Source of the DNA: Podospora anserina
Taxonomy: Eukaryota
Length of the DNA stretch: 64,000 bases
Direction of reading: 5' to 3'
Assembly (NCBI GenBank): GCA_017654855.1
Contig: CM030333.1
Coordinates: 372,001 to 436,000, forward strand
Part shown: positions 22,164 through 34,496 of the stretch, piece by piece
Layout of the letters: every line of letters begins with the position of its first letter
How positions within the stretch are numbered: the stretch's first letter is position 1
The notes under the pieces: generated by a model
What the model was told of the DNA's origin: nothing
The model's input: only the letters and a program-made list of their open reading frames with translations
Databases searched by the model: none
Program-made: the position numbers and the translations under genes

Positions 22164-24113
22164 GACCTCGAGTAGGCTCTGTGGTCTCTGGACCAAGCGG
22201 TTGCTCGCGCCTGTGACAACTGTATGCCGACATATAGCGTTTGAGTATGGTATGTCAAAGCTGCATTTTGTCTAGAGAAACCTCTCCCTCATAGAATATG
22301 TAACATCACCTCTGTTCCACTTATCGTCTCCTTTTGTTTGACCCGGGATATCGTGGATGTCTCGAGCATAATATATGGGGGGGGGGCGTCAAAGTTCAGC
22401 GCAGATCCCCCCTGAGTCCTGTCCAACATGGAACTGCGGAACAATTCCGCAAAACACAGACTTTTAGCTTTCTCTCTCGTTTCGAAACGCAAAGCAATTC
22501 CGGGTCGCCGAGGCAAGCGATGTTAGTGCGCGCGGGCTGCCTCCTGTTAGTTCTCCGAGTCGACGTCGGAGCATGTCGTCAGAGCCGCAGCAAGCGACTA
22601 GTCCTGTCAAATGGGCAATGATGTGGGATGAAATGTCTGGAGGCGGAGACAACTTTGCATGGCATGGTCATGGGAACCCTGTGCATTAGTGCAGAGGTCA
22701 GAATAAGGTTTACGCTACTGGGCAACGTTCGTACAAGGACCAATCACCTCTGCTTCTCTGGACGGACTTTCAAGGTTTCCTGGTTTCAAATCACGCCTCG
22801 CGTTGTCAATTGCTCTCGTGGCGGTTAACGGGAAACCCCTCCCGCGTCGTCTGGAGACCGGGTGGTCCCTACGGGAGAGGTACGAGGTAGCAGAGCGAGG
22901 CATAGCCATGGCCCAGTGACAGGGACTTACTCACCAGGGATGGACCGTACCGAGGCTCTGGCATTGGAAGAGTGGTTGACGGCATCATCATCATTACCAA
23001 TCGAGGGACACTTTAACCTTTGCCCTGTGGTGAGAAATCTAACGCCTACAGGAGGCAGCCCGTCTCCATGATCAAGCCCCCTCCTTGGAGCTTTCACAGT
23101 CAGATGAATCAGCCAGGATACCCTACCCTAGGTCTGCGTTGGGTTCGAGAATAAGGTCCGATGGTTGCGGGATCTTACCTTGATATCTGCTTTCCAGGTC
23201 CCCGAGAAGTCCCCGACTACCCCCTTTCTCATCGTGCTCCACGATTCATCGCTTGGGCCCTCAGCTACATATCGCTCGCCCCCCATCCCACCACCCCTCC
23301 GAAAATACATATCTTGGCAGACGTTTGAAGTCTTACGATCTTGACATCGACGTAGTTTGGCTTCTTTTCGCTGTGAGTTTGGCAGATAGCATACCTTCTA
23401 CAATCCTGAAACTCGAAGTGAATGCAAAAATATCACCATAAACTGACCAGATATGGGAGACCAAGACTGGAACGATAACTGTCTAGTCATCAGCATCCCG
23501 TCTCGAGCAATCTGACGTGCCAAAATGGGATGAACGGCTGCCCATCCACGTGTGCTTCACTCGGACGAATGTTCCTTGCCAGGTGCTGGTTGGTGTGCTG
23601 AGTAGCTTGCCCAACGGCGTTTCTCAGACACCTCTTAACACTTTACCTTGCCTTGGACGGAATCGGAAGCTGGCCGGTAGCTCGTGGCATTGGCCGAGGT
23701 TGCCTTACCTCCAGATCCCCGCCGCTGTCAGTTTACGAGACGCTCTATTTCTTGCTTTTCGGCCCTGCGGTACAAATACGTCCTCTCCTCTAGCTCATGA
23801 ATAGCGTTCTGCATGTCCTTCGGACGCGGAAAACGGGATGCATACCCACATGGTGGTGGCTGAGCAAAGCTGGTGTGCTTTGATCCACCCACGACTTGTA
23901 CCTCACACGCTCCAACATGGATCTCGCTTGTGTTGCCATCCGATACAAGAAGGGAGGGTTCTCTTGCCAATCAAATAGGAGGGAGGAGTCAAGCTCAGCG
24001 ATCACACTCCCTTGTTGGCAGCCATATGAATGACAAACAGATTCTGCCCACTTCTTTTGCTCACCCGTATAAACCACTTCCTACCCGTCTTGCACCCCCA
24101 AAACCCACTAATC

Positions 24114-24656
24114 ATGCTGTCCACACAGGAACACCAGATCCCACTGCCCACTTTATGCCCTTGCTGCCTCGCTGCCATATCACCACCGGATCTGACCACC
24201 AACCCTCCTTCCCTTCATACAATGACCACCGATCAACAGTCAACTACAACCAACTCAATACCGTCACAGTCGCCCGCAATGGTCCCCTCCTCCCTCACGA
24301 CACCACAAGAACAGTCCGCCTTGGCAGCCCTGCATGGGCTCACACCTGAACAAGAGCTGATCCTGCGCGAGAAAGTAACGTCTTCCTCGGTCATGTTCGC
24401 CTTGGAACTCGCTCGGGAAAGCGAGGAGGGGGCCATCGAACCAACGGTCGCGAAGCTCCTCACAGACGCCTTCAACAAAATCTGGAACAAAGTCGTGACC
24501 AGGCCTGATCTCTACCTCATGTCAGAACAAGAATTCGCCGTGTTCAATTATTTTCAGTCATTCTGGCCGGACAAGGAGATTGCGAGAAAGGCAGTAGCCA
24601 GGTTTTGGGACAACCCTTGGGCCTTTGCGACTCCCGCAGGCCAGCGCCGGTCATGA
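24114..24656 (+). CDS. Small fungal hypothetical protein (start uncertain: 24030 GTG/alt, 24114 or 24222)
   Basis: ORF with a globular-looking C-terminus: AFNKIWNKVVTRPDLYLMSEQEFAVFNYFQ...IARKAVARFWDN. Confidence 0.65.
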   Translation: MLSTQEHQIPLPTLCPCCLAAISPPDLTTNPPSLHTMTTDQQSTTTNSIPSQSPAMVPSSLTTPQEQSALAALHGLTPEQELILREKVTSSSVMFALELARESEEGAIEPTVAKLLTDAFNKIWNKVVTRPDLYLMSEQEFAVFNYFQSFWPDKEIARKAVARFWDNPWAFATPAGQRRS

Positions 24657-25383
24657 CGGGACTGGTCATGGTCTCCACTTTTGCCGTGCCGCGAAAAACC
24701 AGGTTTGGATCGAGGACGGGGTCGGGGTCGGGGTCGGTTCTCGGGGGATCCACAAACCGGAATTGTGGAGCTCAACCGACGTCTTACAGAAACGAAGGCA
24801 ACGGCCTGAGTCAGGGCTGGCCTGATGGAACAAAAAGTCAGCTTTTCCAAATAATTTTCAAAACACGCGGTCCCTGGAGATTCACCGATAGCCTCTCACC
24901 CCCCAACTCACAAATTAAAGATGCGGTCGTTTGCCGGAACTGCCCCTCCGCCAAGCCTTTTCCCCTTTTGATCAACTGCCTGCACCACGGAGCGGGGGAA
25001 GACAACAGCCGATAACAAGCCAACGCCGGCTGCCACAGTTTCTGATGGCTGAATTGTGCCTTGATGTTTAATATACCCCTTATTATTTATTGTGCATGCT
25101 ATCTCGGGTTCGGAGCGCGGGGAATGGAAGGACAGCAAGCGGCGATGTGTTTTGAGGTTGCGCTTGGTTTATCAGGAGTTTGGGGAATGGAGGAGGGAGT
25201 GTTGCACTTGGGGTAGATAGCACCGCATCTGTATTCACCTCTCTCTCTCTGCCTGGTTTACTGTTCTTTCCCTTTTGTATGCTTTTTATCTTTGTGTTTG
25301 AAAGGTTTCCTGTCTGCTAGTAACAATACATTGATCGCAACTGACAAACCAAGGCCAACAACATTCCCCAACTGCGAAACTTG

Positions 25384-27840
25384 ATGGATGCTGTCATGGC
25401 GGGCCCTGAGGGTTGCTACGATGAAGATCTAAAAGAAGGTTCCCCTCAACGCCCTCTTCTTGTTCAAGACACCATCACTCCCGCCAACAACGGCCAACTA
25501 CGGCGCCGGCGGCGTATTATGCTCTGGCTAACGGCCTTTTTGGCGGGGCTAACGCTTATTTCCGCACTTCACCAGACGCCTTGTTTGAAAGAGCATGGAC
25601 CAGCAACGGCAGCATCGATTGCTAAGCATCATCTCGACGATTTCTGGCAATCCCTCAGATCTCGAGCAGCACAGAATGACGATCCCCCGCCAGCCCCTGC
25701 CCCCATGCGGGCTGTTCTCAAAACCTTTGAAGTCTCACAGCCAGTGCGGATGCCAGATGGCCCAGTTGAGAGCGACGGCTCGACCCGGCATGGGAATGAG
25801 TACAGCCCCAAGCTGTGCACGGTTTTGCTCATGAGAAGGGACTTTGCGTGGAGCTATGGTGATCCGTTCATTGGTACAGATGTCCCTTTACCACTATGCC
25901 GCATTTGCACCATGAAATTCTGTCGTTTTCTGAGCTGTCGATTCTGATACAAGAGTCATAACCAGGGGATTATACACCTCCCGACTGTTTTTTCAACAGA
26001 GTGGTGCTCAACTTTAGCTCCGTTTCTGTTGGCAGACAGTTTGACCGGCTTGCGGTGATGTACTTCGGGGATACCGAGGTTTGTAAGTGTATCCGCCTTC
26101 ACATCATGCCTCGAGGAAGTAGATAACTAATAGTAAATTTCTCAGGGAGAACTTCCACAGCCCAGCCCACCGCGCCTCCCGGAATAAGCTGGATCTACCT
26201 CAAGGACATGACGCACTACATGTACTTTTGGAAACGCCCTCAAAAAGTCATCTTTGACCTGGGAAACCTGATCAGTAAGACCCCGTGCCAGCCGATCTCG
26301 TCCGTTTCGGTGTTGACGTGAACCAAAAGACGAGAAATACACCGGCATCTTCAACACCACCATGACAGCCATCTTCTACAACGACCCAAACCCCCACCCC
26401 GCCAACCTAGCCCAGCAAGCCCCTCCCTCAGACCTGATCCTCCCCATCTCGGCCCGGTTGTCCTCGACCAATTCGCCAAGCGTGTTCACCCTCCCCTCCC
26501 AACGTGCCGTCACTACCTTTTCCGCTGGCTCCCTTCCCCGTGACATCCGCCGCGCGGTCGTCTCCCTCTCCACCACGGGACAGGCAAGCGAAGAATTCTT
26601 CTGGTCCAACGTCCTCGAGTCAGACACGGCGACATTCGAAGGTGACCCCCTCCCGGGGCTGTCCCCCTTTAGAGAGGTGCAGCTCTACATTGACAACCAA
26701 CTCGCCGGGGTGTCGTGGCCTTTTCCCGTCATCTTCACCGGGGGTGTAGTACCGAGTTTGCACCGGCCCATCGTTGGGATCCAGGCGTTTGATATCAAGG
26801 AGCAGGAGATCGACATCAGCCCCTGGTTACCTCTGCTCTGTGATGGAGAGGAACACACGTTCGAGATCAAGATTGCCGGCGTGGGCAGGGATGGGAAGTT
26901 GACGGAAAAGGTAGGGGACAACTGGGTGGTGACTGGCAAGGTGTTTATCTGGTTGGATTACGACAGGAAGGATGAGCACGCTTGTGCAAAGGGGGATGGG
27001 TGCATCACTACTGGGCTGAAGCAGCCGGTGGTTACAGCGCCGGAGCCTGAGATTGTGGCGCGCAGTGAGGTCAAGCTGGATCGGCAGCAGCTAGGTAATG
27101 AGACATTGGATTACTCTATTGTGGTCAAGAGAAAGATCGAGATTAGGGGGCAGGTGTCGGCTTTTCTGGGCCGGGAGAAGATGCAGGAAGTGAAATGGGT
27201 GCAGGAGCTGGCGTATTCAAATCAGGGGTTGATTTCTCAGCATGGATTGCAGGCGATAAATGATTTGACGATCGAGGGGAGAGACCAGGCTGGGTTTGTT
27301 TCCAACGATCTGGAGAAAGGCAACCAGCGGGGAGGGTATGAGGTGCTGTATCAGTACCCGCTGTCCGTGAACTCAAGCTATGCGGTATCAGAACAGGGGA
27401 ACTTGAGTATTTGGGCGCACGCCATTCAGGGAAGGCAGGTAGAGGTGGACGGATGGGGAGGAGGGGTGGTGTTCCCGACCGGACTGGAAGCCTTTGACAC
27501 GGGATACAGCAGGTCCAAGCTGTACACGATCAAAGAGGGCATAGCAGAGTATCGCCAGACAGGCGATCAGATGAGCAGTACAGGATGGGGCGAGTCGAGC
27601 CAAGAGTTTGAGTTTACGGGTGACGGAGAAGAATTGTACTGGAGGAGCGTGGGGGCTGTGAATGGGACTGTTATTTATGACCGGAAGAGAATGGGAGGGG
27701 GTGTGATTGTGGGAGGTCCCAGAGTAGTGTCTCAAGTGGCACTGAACGGTGACGGCGTCTCTACTCAGGCTTCTGGATATGATTCTGGAGTGGCGGTAGC
27801 AAAATGGCCAAGGTTGTTTCCGAAGGAAAATGGGGCTTGA
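25384..27840 (+). CDS. Peptide-N4-(N-acetyl-beta-glucosaminyl)asparagine amidase A (PNGase A family); introns 25874-25965, 26083-26145, 26275-26329
   Basis: Spliced product contains FAWSYGDPFIGDYTPPDC, GRQFDRLAVMYFGDTEVWRTSTAQP, GQASEEFFWSNV and SPFREVQLYIDNQLAGVSWPFPVIFTGG. N-terminal RRRRR followed by a TM anchor. Confidence 0.9.
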
Positions 27841-28360
27841 GCCTGGGTTTGATCTATTGATTGGTATGAGACAGTAGCACAGCCACTGTTTATTTTCTCC
27901 TCTTGATGATGTACCCACATGTCGATATGGCAACGTGTTGAGTGATCCGGAGTTACGGATAATGGGAGGTGGGTGATAATGGCACCACGGATGGCACTCT
28001 TTTCTCATAGGTAAACTGGGAAAAGAGGCCGCCAAGATATTTAGACCAAGAGCTTCACAACACCACCGGGTGCCAAGCCTCGGTGTGGAATGCTCACCAC
28101 AACCGGGCACGGAGCTCTCCACGAGTCCCGAGATACGGGTGCGCGGAATAGAGTCCATTGTTCTCCGGAGCCGCTGCTTTGGAAACGGGGTTCCACACAA
28201 TGAGGGGGAGGGGGAGCAGCACGCGTGGCACTCATGCATCGCCGTTGCTGGGTCAGAGAGAACAAAAAGGCTGAAGGCTGTCATCAGGGGTGGTGGACTG
28301 CAACCCTCGCCACAAAATAATTGACATACAAGTAGGTTAACTCATACCATATTGTGAACT

Positions 28361-28531
28361 ATGCCCTGAAGATAATTACCAGGCCCTCAAGATATTTAAT
28401 AGGCCTTTCCAGATATTTGATAGGCCTATGAAAATAGTTAGTAGGCCTATGAAGATAGTTAATAGGCCTATAAAGATAGTAATAGGCCTTTTAAAATGCT
28501 TACAAGGCCTATTGATTTGCTTCTAAGGCAT
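28361..28531. repeat. Degenerate 20-21-bp minisatellite, about 9 units, consensus AGGCCTATGAAGATAGTTAAT
   Basis: Unit starts at 28361, 28381, 28401, 28422, 28443, 28464, 28484, 28505 and 28526. AT-rich relative to its flanks. Confidence 0.85.
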
Positions 28532-29411
28532 GGGTTTATGATATGGGACAGCTTATTTGCTGTCTCAATATTTTGTGAGGAGTGTGACGGCTTATCGGAG
28601 CATTGGCCCAATGGCGCTAACGGCTTCAAACAGAAAAAAAAAAGGTGGCTTGTGTCCCAGCCAACCGACCCCATCACCCTTCAACATCCTTGTAGCAGAT
28701 CACAGAATGTCTTGCGTGGACTGAGGAGCTGGCGGTAAGCTCGGCGCATGGCTATGGAGGCTATGGAGACACAGAAAGTTTGTGTGGATGAGAGTGTCGC
28801 TCTTTTGGAGCAGCTGTTTCGGACTGGGGCAGACAAAGAGGAATTCGGGGTCGTGGACGGAAGCGCCATTGTTGACATGCGGTGTCGACAAAAGGAGCTT
28901 GGGCCGCTGTCGCCACCAAAAAACTGCCGTCATTGCCCCACTTTTCAGCAGTGTTGTGCAACAGCTCGATGATGCTCTTTCTTCCCCAGTTTCCCCTCGG
29001 CCCATCCTGGGCATTATCTCGAGGTTGTATGGCTCCTTCTTTTGTTGATCATATGTGACGGGCTGCTTTCTTAATAATACCGCCCTCCGATTTATTGCGA
29101 CTAGCACTCTTAGCCAGCCTAAAAACCGAACCCCCCCCCATCCACACATCCCAAAACCACACCATCCATCATCCGTGCAGAAAGTGACGACTCGCATTCC
29201 TGGGCACCTACACACCGGATAGCCAACAGTTCGCCTACAAGACCAGAACTATCCCACGAGTCGTATTATATTTCTCAGCACACATTAAAAAAACAACACC
29301 TACCCATAGCTATTTACGTCACAGACCTCACCTACACGAATTGCCGAATTGATCCAGTTCCGACGACAAAACCCGACGACAGCTACTACCTCGCACAAGG
29401 AAATCGCCAAG

Positions 29412-29918
29412 ATGGAAAAAACACCGCTCTACTTCCGCTCAGCGCAGCTCCTCTTCATTCTCATCACCACGGCCCTGATAGGCAATGTGATCGCTACCAA
29501 CGTCTCGGCCGCTTCGTCGGCCACAGCAGCCATCAACTTCACCATGTTCGTCCTTGTAATCACCTGGCTAGCCGCCCTTTACGGTCTCATTTCCACCGTC
29601 GTTGAGCGTCTCTCCTACCCGGTCGGCCTTCTCGCCCTCGACGCTGCCGCTACGCTCTTCACCTTTATCGCCGCCATCGTGCTGGCTGCCAAGTTGACAG
29701 TTGTTAACTGCGCCGACCCAGGCGATAAGGCGGCCGATTGGATTGCTTACGGCAGCGCCGACGATACCAAGCGGTGCAGACAGATCCAGGCGTCGACCGT
29801 GTTTATGTGGTTCTTGTTTCCGCTGTTCACGGCCGTTCTGGTGCTGAGCCTCATGGGATTTCGCAGGGGGGGTGGTAGCGTGAGGACTGGTCCGACTATG
29901 AGCCAGATTGGCGTATAA
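29412..29918 (+). CDS. MARVEL-domain tetraspan membrane protein, NCE102-like
   Basis: Four hydrophobic helices; motifs RSAQLLF..TALIGNVIA, AINFTMF, LDAAATLFTFIAAIVLAAKL and RCRQIQASTVFMWF. Confidence 0.85.
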   Translation: MEKTPLYFRSAQLLFILITTALIGNVIATNVSAASSATAAINFTMFVLVITWLAALYGLISTVVERLSYPVGLLALDAAATLFTFIAAIVLAAKLTVVNCADPGDKAADWIAYGSADDTKRCRQIQASTVFMWFLFPLFTAVLVLSLMGFRRGGGSVRTGPTMSQIGV

Positions 29919-30439
29919 GCTGCGCTGACTTATTGGCTCCCTTTGGTTGTTATGAACGACGGAAAGAGGAGGAAACAAATGTAATGAGGATTAATGACCA
30001 ACGCCGAGAGGGCTATGACGAGGGAGATTCCCTGGGCTTCGTAATGATAAGAAATGATGGGAATGCAAAGGCTGGGGCATGTAATGATGGATTAGGTACA
30101 TGGTTTGGGAGACGGGTTGTCTTTGTTTGTTTGGTATATAAGTGGGATCGTGTGTTTGGGATGCGGTAGTGGTGCCCCTGGAGCTGTACACTCAAAATAG
30201 CAACGATGTCGATAGGTCGACTTGAATACCAACAGTTGTATTATCTGCGCATTTGAACGACAAGTTCAGTATGCCGTTGATGTAGCTGTTTTCCCATGTT
30301 TTGTGCCGTGTGTATACATATCCCAATAACGCCATAAACGCTTCGCGGGGCTGCCCCTTATATAATGCCTCTAATCAGTTGTCGAAAAGAGTATATGTAC
30401 TGCTCAGAATGGCTCTTCCCAGCCCGTGAAACCACCAAG

Positions 30440-30834
30440 TCATAACGAAGAAGCCGCTTGTACAGCTCCCACGGCCGCAAACTCTCTCTTATTTGTCCAC
30501 CGGATCTCGACGTTGTGCATCCATTCCATATACCGCGCCCAGCCTGAAGAACTCCAGTTAGCATTATGGGACCTAAAAAGCAACCAGGCACAAGAGCCAG
30601 CATACTCCAGTAGGCAAACTTGCGGCCAAGATACTTGCCCGCAAATGGCATAATAATCATTGTCAGCAAAAGCTGTAGCTGCTCTAGACTTGTCTCCCAC
30701 TCCCTTTGGGCATCGGATTCGTCTTCGGAATCGAGAATGCTGCTGGAGATGGATGGAAGGGAATCGACATCGTCGTTGTCTGAGGAGGGAGCCATGTCGG
30801 AGATGACGAAGGAGTCTGAAGTGCTCGCCATCAT
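30440..30834 (-). CDS. MIM2: Mitochondrial outer-membrane import protein Mim2-like; intron 30605-30544
   Basis: Acidic N-terminus, then DAQREWETSLEQLQLLLTMIIMPFAGKYLGRKFAYWS|WARYMEW, matching the Mim2 pattern. Intron gtatgc...gctaac...cag. Confidence 0.8.
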
Positions 30835-31510
30835 GGAGCTTGGGCGATGAGGTGGGGAGCAGAGCAGCGTTGGTTGGAGTACGTCACGATGTCTGAGGAC
30901 GGGGGGTGAATCGGGTCTCGGTAGAGCTTTCACTAGAGTGAATGGTTCCCTCTCGTGGTATCGTGGACTGTCTACACTAGACTCGTGGCAACCGGCGCAG
31001 TGGTGAATGTATTGTATGGGTGCGGCAACCTAAGCATGGAGCAATCCAGCATTCATTCACCTGTCCCACTGGGCGCCTCGCTTGTACTGCAGTAGCTGCT
31101 GTAGCGGGCTGGAGTGCTGGGCACTGTCTACGCACTGTCTCCTCACCACAAGGCTTATCGTTGTCATTATCGGCAGCTGGCAGTGAGGTGGGAGCAAAAA
31201 CCCCCCGCTTGTCAGGTGACTGAGGGCCTGAGTCACAATGAGTGAATCCAACGTCATGAAGAAGGCGCCAAGTCAGTGATAGGGCGACCATCTCTACACA
31301 GAAACCACACTTGTTCGGCTCCCGAGAAAAGGCAAGGCATTAGGAAACAACCTGGCAAAAGAGACGGCTGCTGTGAACCCAGCACTTGTTGCACCCCACG
31401 AACCAGCGCACCCCGATCCCTTCCCTCACTAGCGAAAAAAAGCGGTGGAGAGTCCAGAACATCTTCGAGAAACGAGAAAACCAAGAACCCTGTGACATCC
31501 GTGGCCAAAC

Positions 31511-32937
31511 ATGAGCACTGAAGTAAGTTTTACATCTGTCTATCCTAGCCCTCACCTCCCGCCGTTTCCCCTCACCGGCACAGGCACGAGCACAAGCACT
31601 CCCACAGTAAATTCACTACCCCTCCAAAGACTACCCTCCTCTTTTTTTTTCTCCTACTCCCTTTGCGCCACCCGAGACCCTACCCACCCCTCCCCTTGTC
31701 CCTTTGACGGTTGACTCTTCCTTTAACCACCAAACCCGACAATCGCCCGCCCCTCCGGAAATTTTAGTTCCAAAGCGACTCGACAACCTACGACTGCGAC
31801 TCGAGACAAACAGCATCACTAACATCGTTAGGAACCTTCTCTCCAACGACGTGCCTCGCGCAAATCAGTTGCCTTCACCGACGAGAAGCTTGTAGTCGAC
31901 GCAGACGGCAGTGTAACCATGGTTGCTTCCCCGAACGACGATACCAAAGAGACAGCCATGTCGCATACCCCTCGTACGCCGCCTCTCTCCGCCGCTCTCG
32001 GTGCCTTTACTGATGCTGCCTCTCAAGCACCCGCCGCCGCTCCTGCTGAGGATGCTGACGGGCTCGATCTCAGACTCATGAAGAAAAAGAAGAAGGCAAA
32101 GGTCGAGACCGCTGAGGGTGACGACGAAGCCGCCGCCCCCGCTGCCGGCGAGGAGGGCATCGATCTCTCGCTCAAGAAAAAGAAGAAGAAGAAGGTTGCC
32201 AAGGACGATGATGACTTCGCCAAGAAGCTCGAGAAGCTCAACATCGAGGGCAAGGAGGGTGAAGAGGCTGCTCCTGAGTCGGAGGAGCAGGAGGGTGACT
32301 GGGAGAAGGGTACCGGCATCTTCAAGCACGACGAGACCAGCACTATCAACTACAGCCCACTCCTCTCCAGATTTTTCGCCCTCTTGTCGCAGAAGAACCC
32401 CGACCACGCCTCAACCGGCACCCGCTCCTACAAGATTCCTCCTCCTCAGTGCTTGCGCGAAGGCAACAAGAAGACCATTTTCGCCAACCTTGCCGAGATT
32501 TGCAAGCGCATGAAGCGTGCCGACGAGCACGTCACAGCCTACCTCTTTGCTGAGTTGGGTACCAGCGGTTCCGTCGACGGTTCCAGGCGGTTGGTCATCA
32601 AGGGTCGCTTCCAACAGAAACAGATTGAGAACGTTCTTCGCACGTATATTATAGGTATGTCGTCATGTCTCTGTGGCTCTCTTGCCCGTCGGACGCTAAC
32701 GCTTCGAAACTAGAATATGTTACCTGTAAGACGTGCCGTTCCCCCAATACCGAGCTCTCCAAGGGCGAGAATCGCCTTTAGTATGTTTTCCTGCCCCTGC
32801 CGTTCATGCGAGTGGCAGTGCACTAACAACCTCTCAGCTTCATTACCTGCAACTCTTGCGGCTCTCGTCGTTCCGTCCAGGCTATCAAGACTGGTTTCTC
32901 GGCCCAGGTTGGCAAGAGAAGAAAGAACAAGGCCTAA
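31511..32937 (+). CDS. SUI3: Translation initiation factor eIF2 beta subunit; introns 31523-31831, 32655-32713, 32781-32837 (possible extra in-frame intron 31974-32027)
   Basis: Poly-Lys boxes; [33 protein letters not shown]4 zinc ribbon CKTC...[10 protein letters not shown]. Confidence 0.95.
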
Positions 32938-34496
32938 ACGCCATGATTTCTTCGTACAGCATCGGCTTTTGCTTCGGTCGTTTTTTTGGGTCGGGATTCA
33001 TAAAAGCAACAACGGCGGGGTTTTTTCCTTTTAATGGGTATTCGTATTGCTCGGTAGAGGGAAGCTTTCGGCAGCGCTGTTTCTGGTCGATAGATGCTCA
33101 TGTTGCTGGTGTTATTCGACGCTATTCAACGTTTGTTGGAGGTAGACTAGTCGACCAAAAACTTCCCCACACCCACACCCCTTTCTTGCCTTGTTGATAT
33201 GACGGTTGACGATGGGTATAAGGGGATGGGAATGACGATCATGACGACGAACATAAAGACGGGGGAGATGGGGCAAACGGATGACATGCATTCGAATGGT
33301 TAGAGGGCAAGGTTGGGTGGTTCATTCGGACGCAACTGGTCTAGCATCTTTGTCAACCTAGAATGTGCGTTAATCTAATGCCGAGTATAACGAAGCGAAC
33401 GGAATATTGAGAGAAGTGGTGCCTGATTTGATGGTGTCTTGGTGATGATTCTTGATGAAGCTGCGGGTGGCGGTGTTCTCTCTGCCACCCTTCGAACAGG
33501 CGGAAAAAGAAGTGAACGAAAGGGGAGAGACGAGAACCTCGAGGAGGGGAGGAAAGACGACGGTTTTGATTTTGTGGTTGTCCTCAATATGTGAGTCATT
33601 CTATTGATCTATCTACCCATGCCCCCACTACACTCGGCAACAATGGCGACGCGAAGACAATAAGATGAATGCATTGACCTTCTCTCAGCGAGTAAACAAT
33701 GGGGATCTCTGCCGGCTACGTCGTCACTGTCTCCTCATCTTTGAACGCACGCTGCGCAGAGAGTACCAGCCACATTACAAATGGTATATACATAGTTCAT
33801 CCAACACGGGCTCTTACGGTCAATACAGCTGGCATCCTTGGCTCTCTCTCTTTCTCTCTCTCTCTTCCGCCTTTATACGCATACAGGACCAGACAGCTTT
33901 ACTCTGCTCAGTGATCAAATCACGGATTTTGTCATCAATTTCTTCAGGCATGTATCAAGGCAGGACATGAAAAATCGCGTAGGATAGATAGGTATAGGGT
34001 AAAAGTGTAAAACAAGAGAGTGAAAAGGAAAAAAAGAAAATAAAACAAGGAAAACAAGAGGTTCCCCTTCTCTCTCAGACCAGAGGGGCAACAGTACAGG
34101 CACAATGGTAACGAGACGACGGGAAGAAAGACAGGCGGAGCAGGATCAAGAGTTTTTGAACGAATCATGCTTGTTGTTCGTGTGTGTTGTGCTGGTGTTG
34201 TTGAAGAGGGGGAGATGATGACGAGTGTTATGTCTTGCTTTCCACAAAAAAGATTCCTTGAAATCCCTTTCAACCCATTCTTCCCCATCCCAAGACCCCA
34301 AGTCCAGTTCAGCCAACTGGCTCCCGGCTTTTACCTCCCCAGACCCTCCCCCAGACCCTCTCCATTTCACCCCTTTACACGTATTCCACAACCCCTCCCC
34401 CCTCCCACAACAGTTCCCGTCGATACGCTAACAGAAAAAGCCATACAGACATGCTCGAGATGCCATCCTCCAGAGACTACCCCTCTGACCCTATAC

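Noticed and set aside
22200-24000. Scattered small ORFs in long intergenic stretches (also 27900-29300, 37200-38100, 59400-60800)
   Set aside because: No codon bias or recognisable motifs, and no transposase, RT, LTR or TIR signatures.
28361-28531. CRISPR-like appearance of the AGGCCT array
   Set aside because: The context is eukaryotic, the units are contiguous with no unique spacers, and there are no cas genes.
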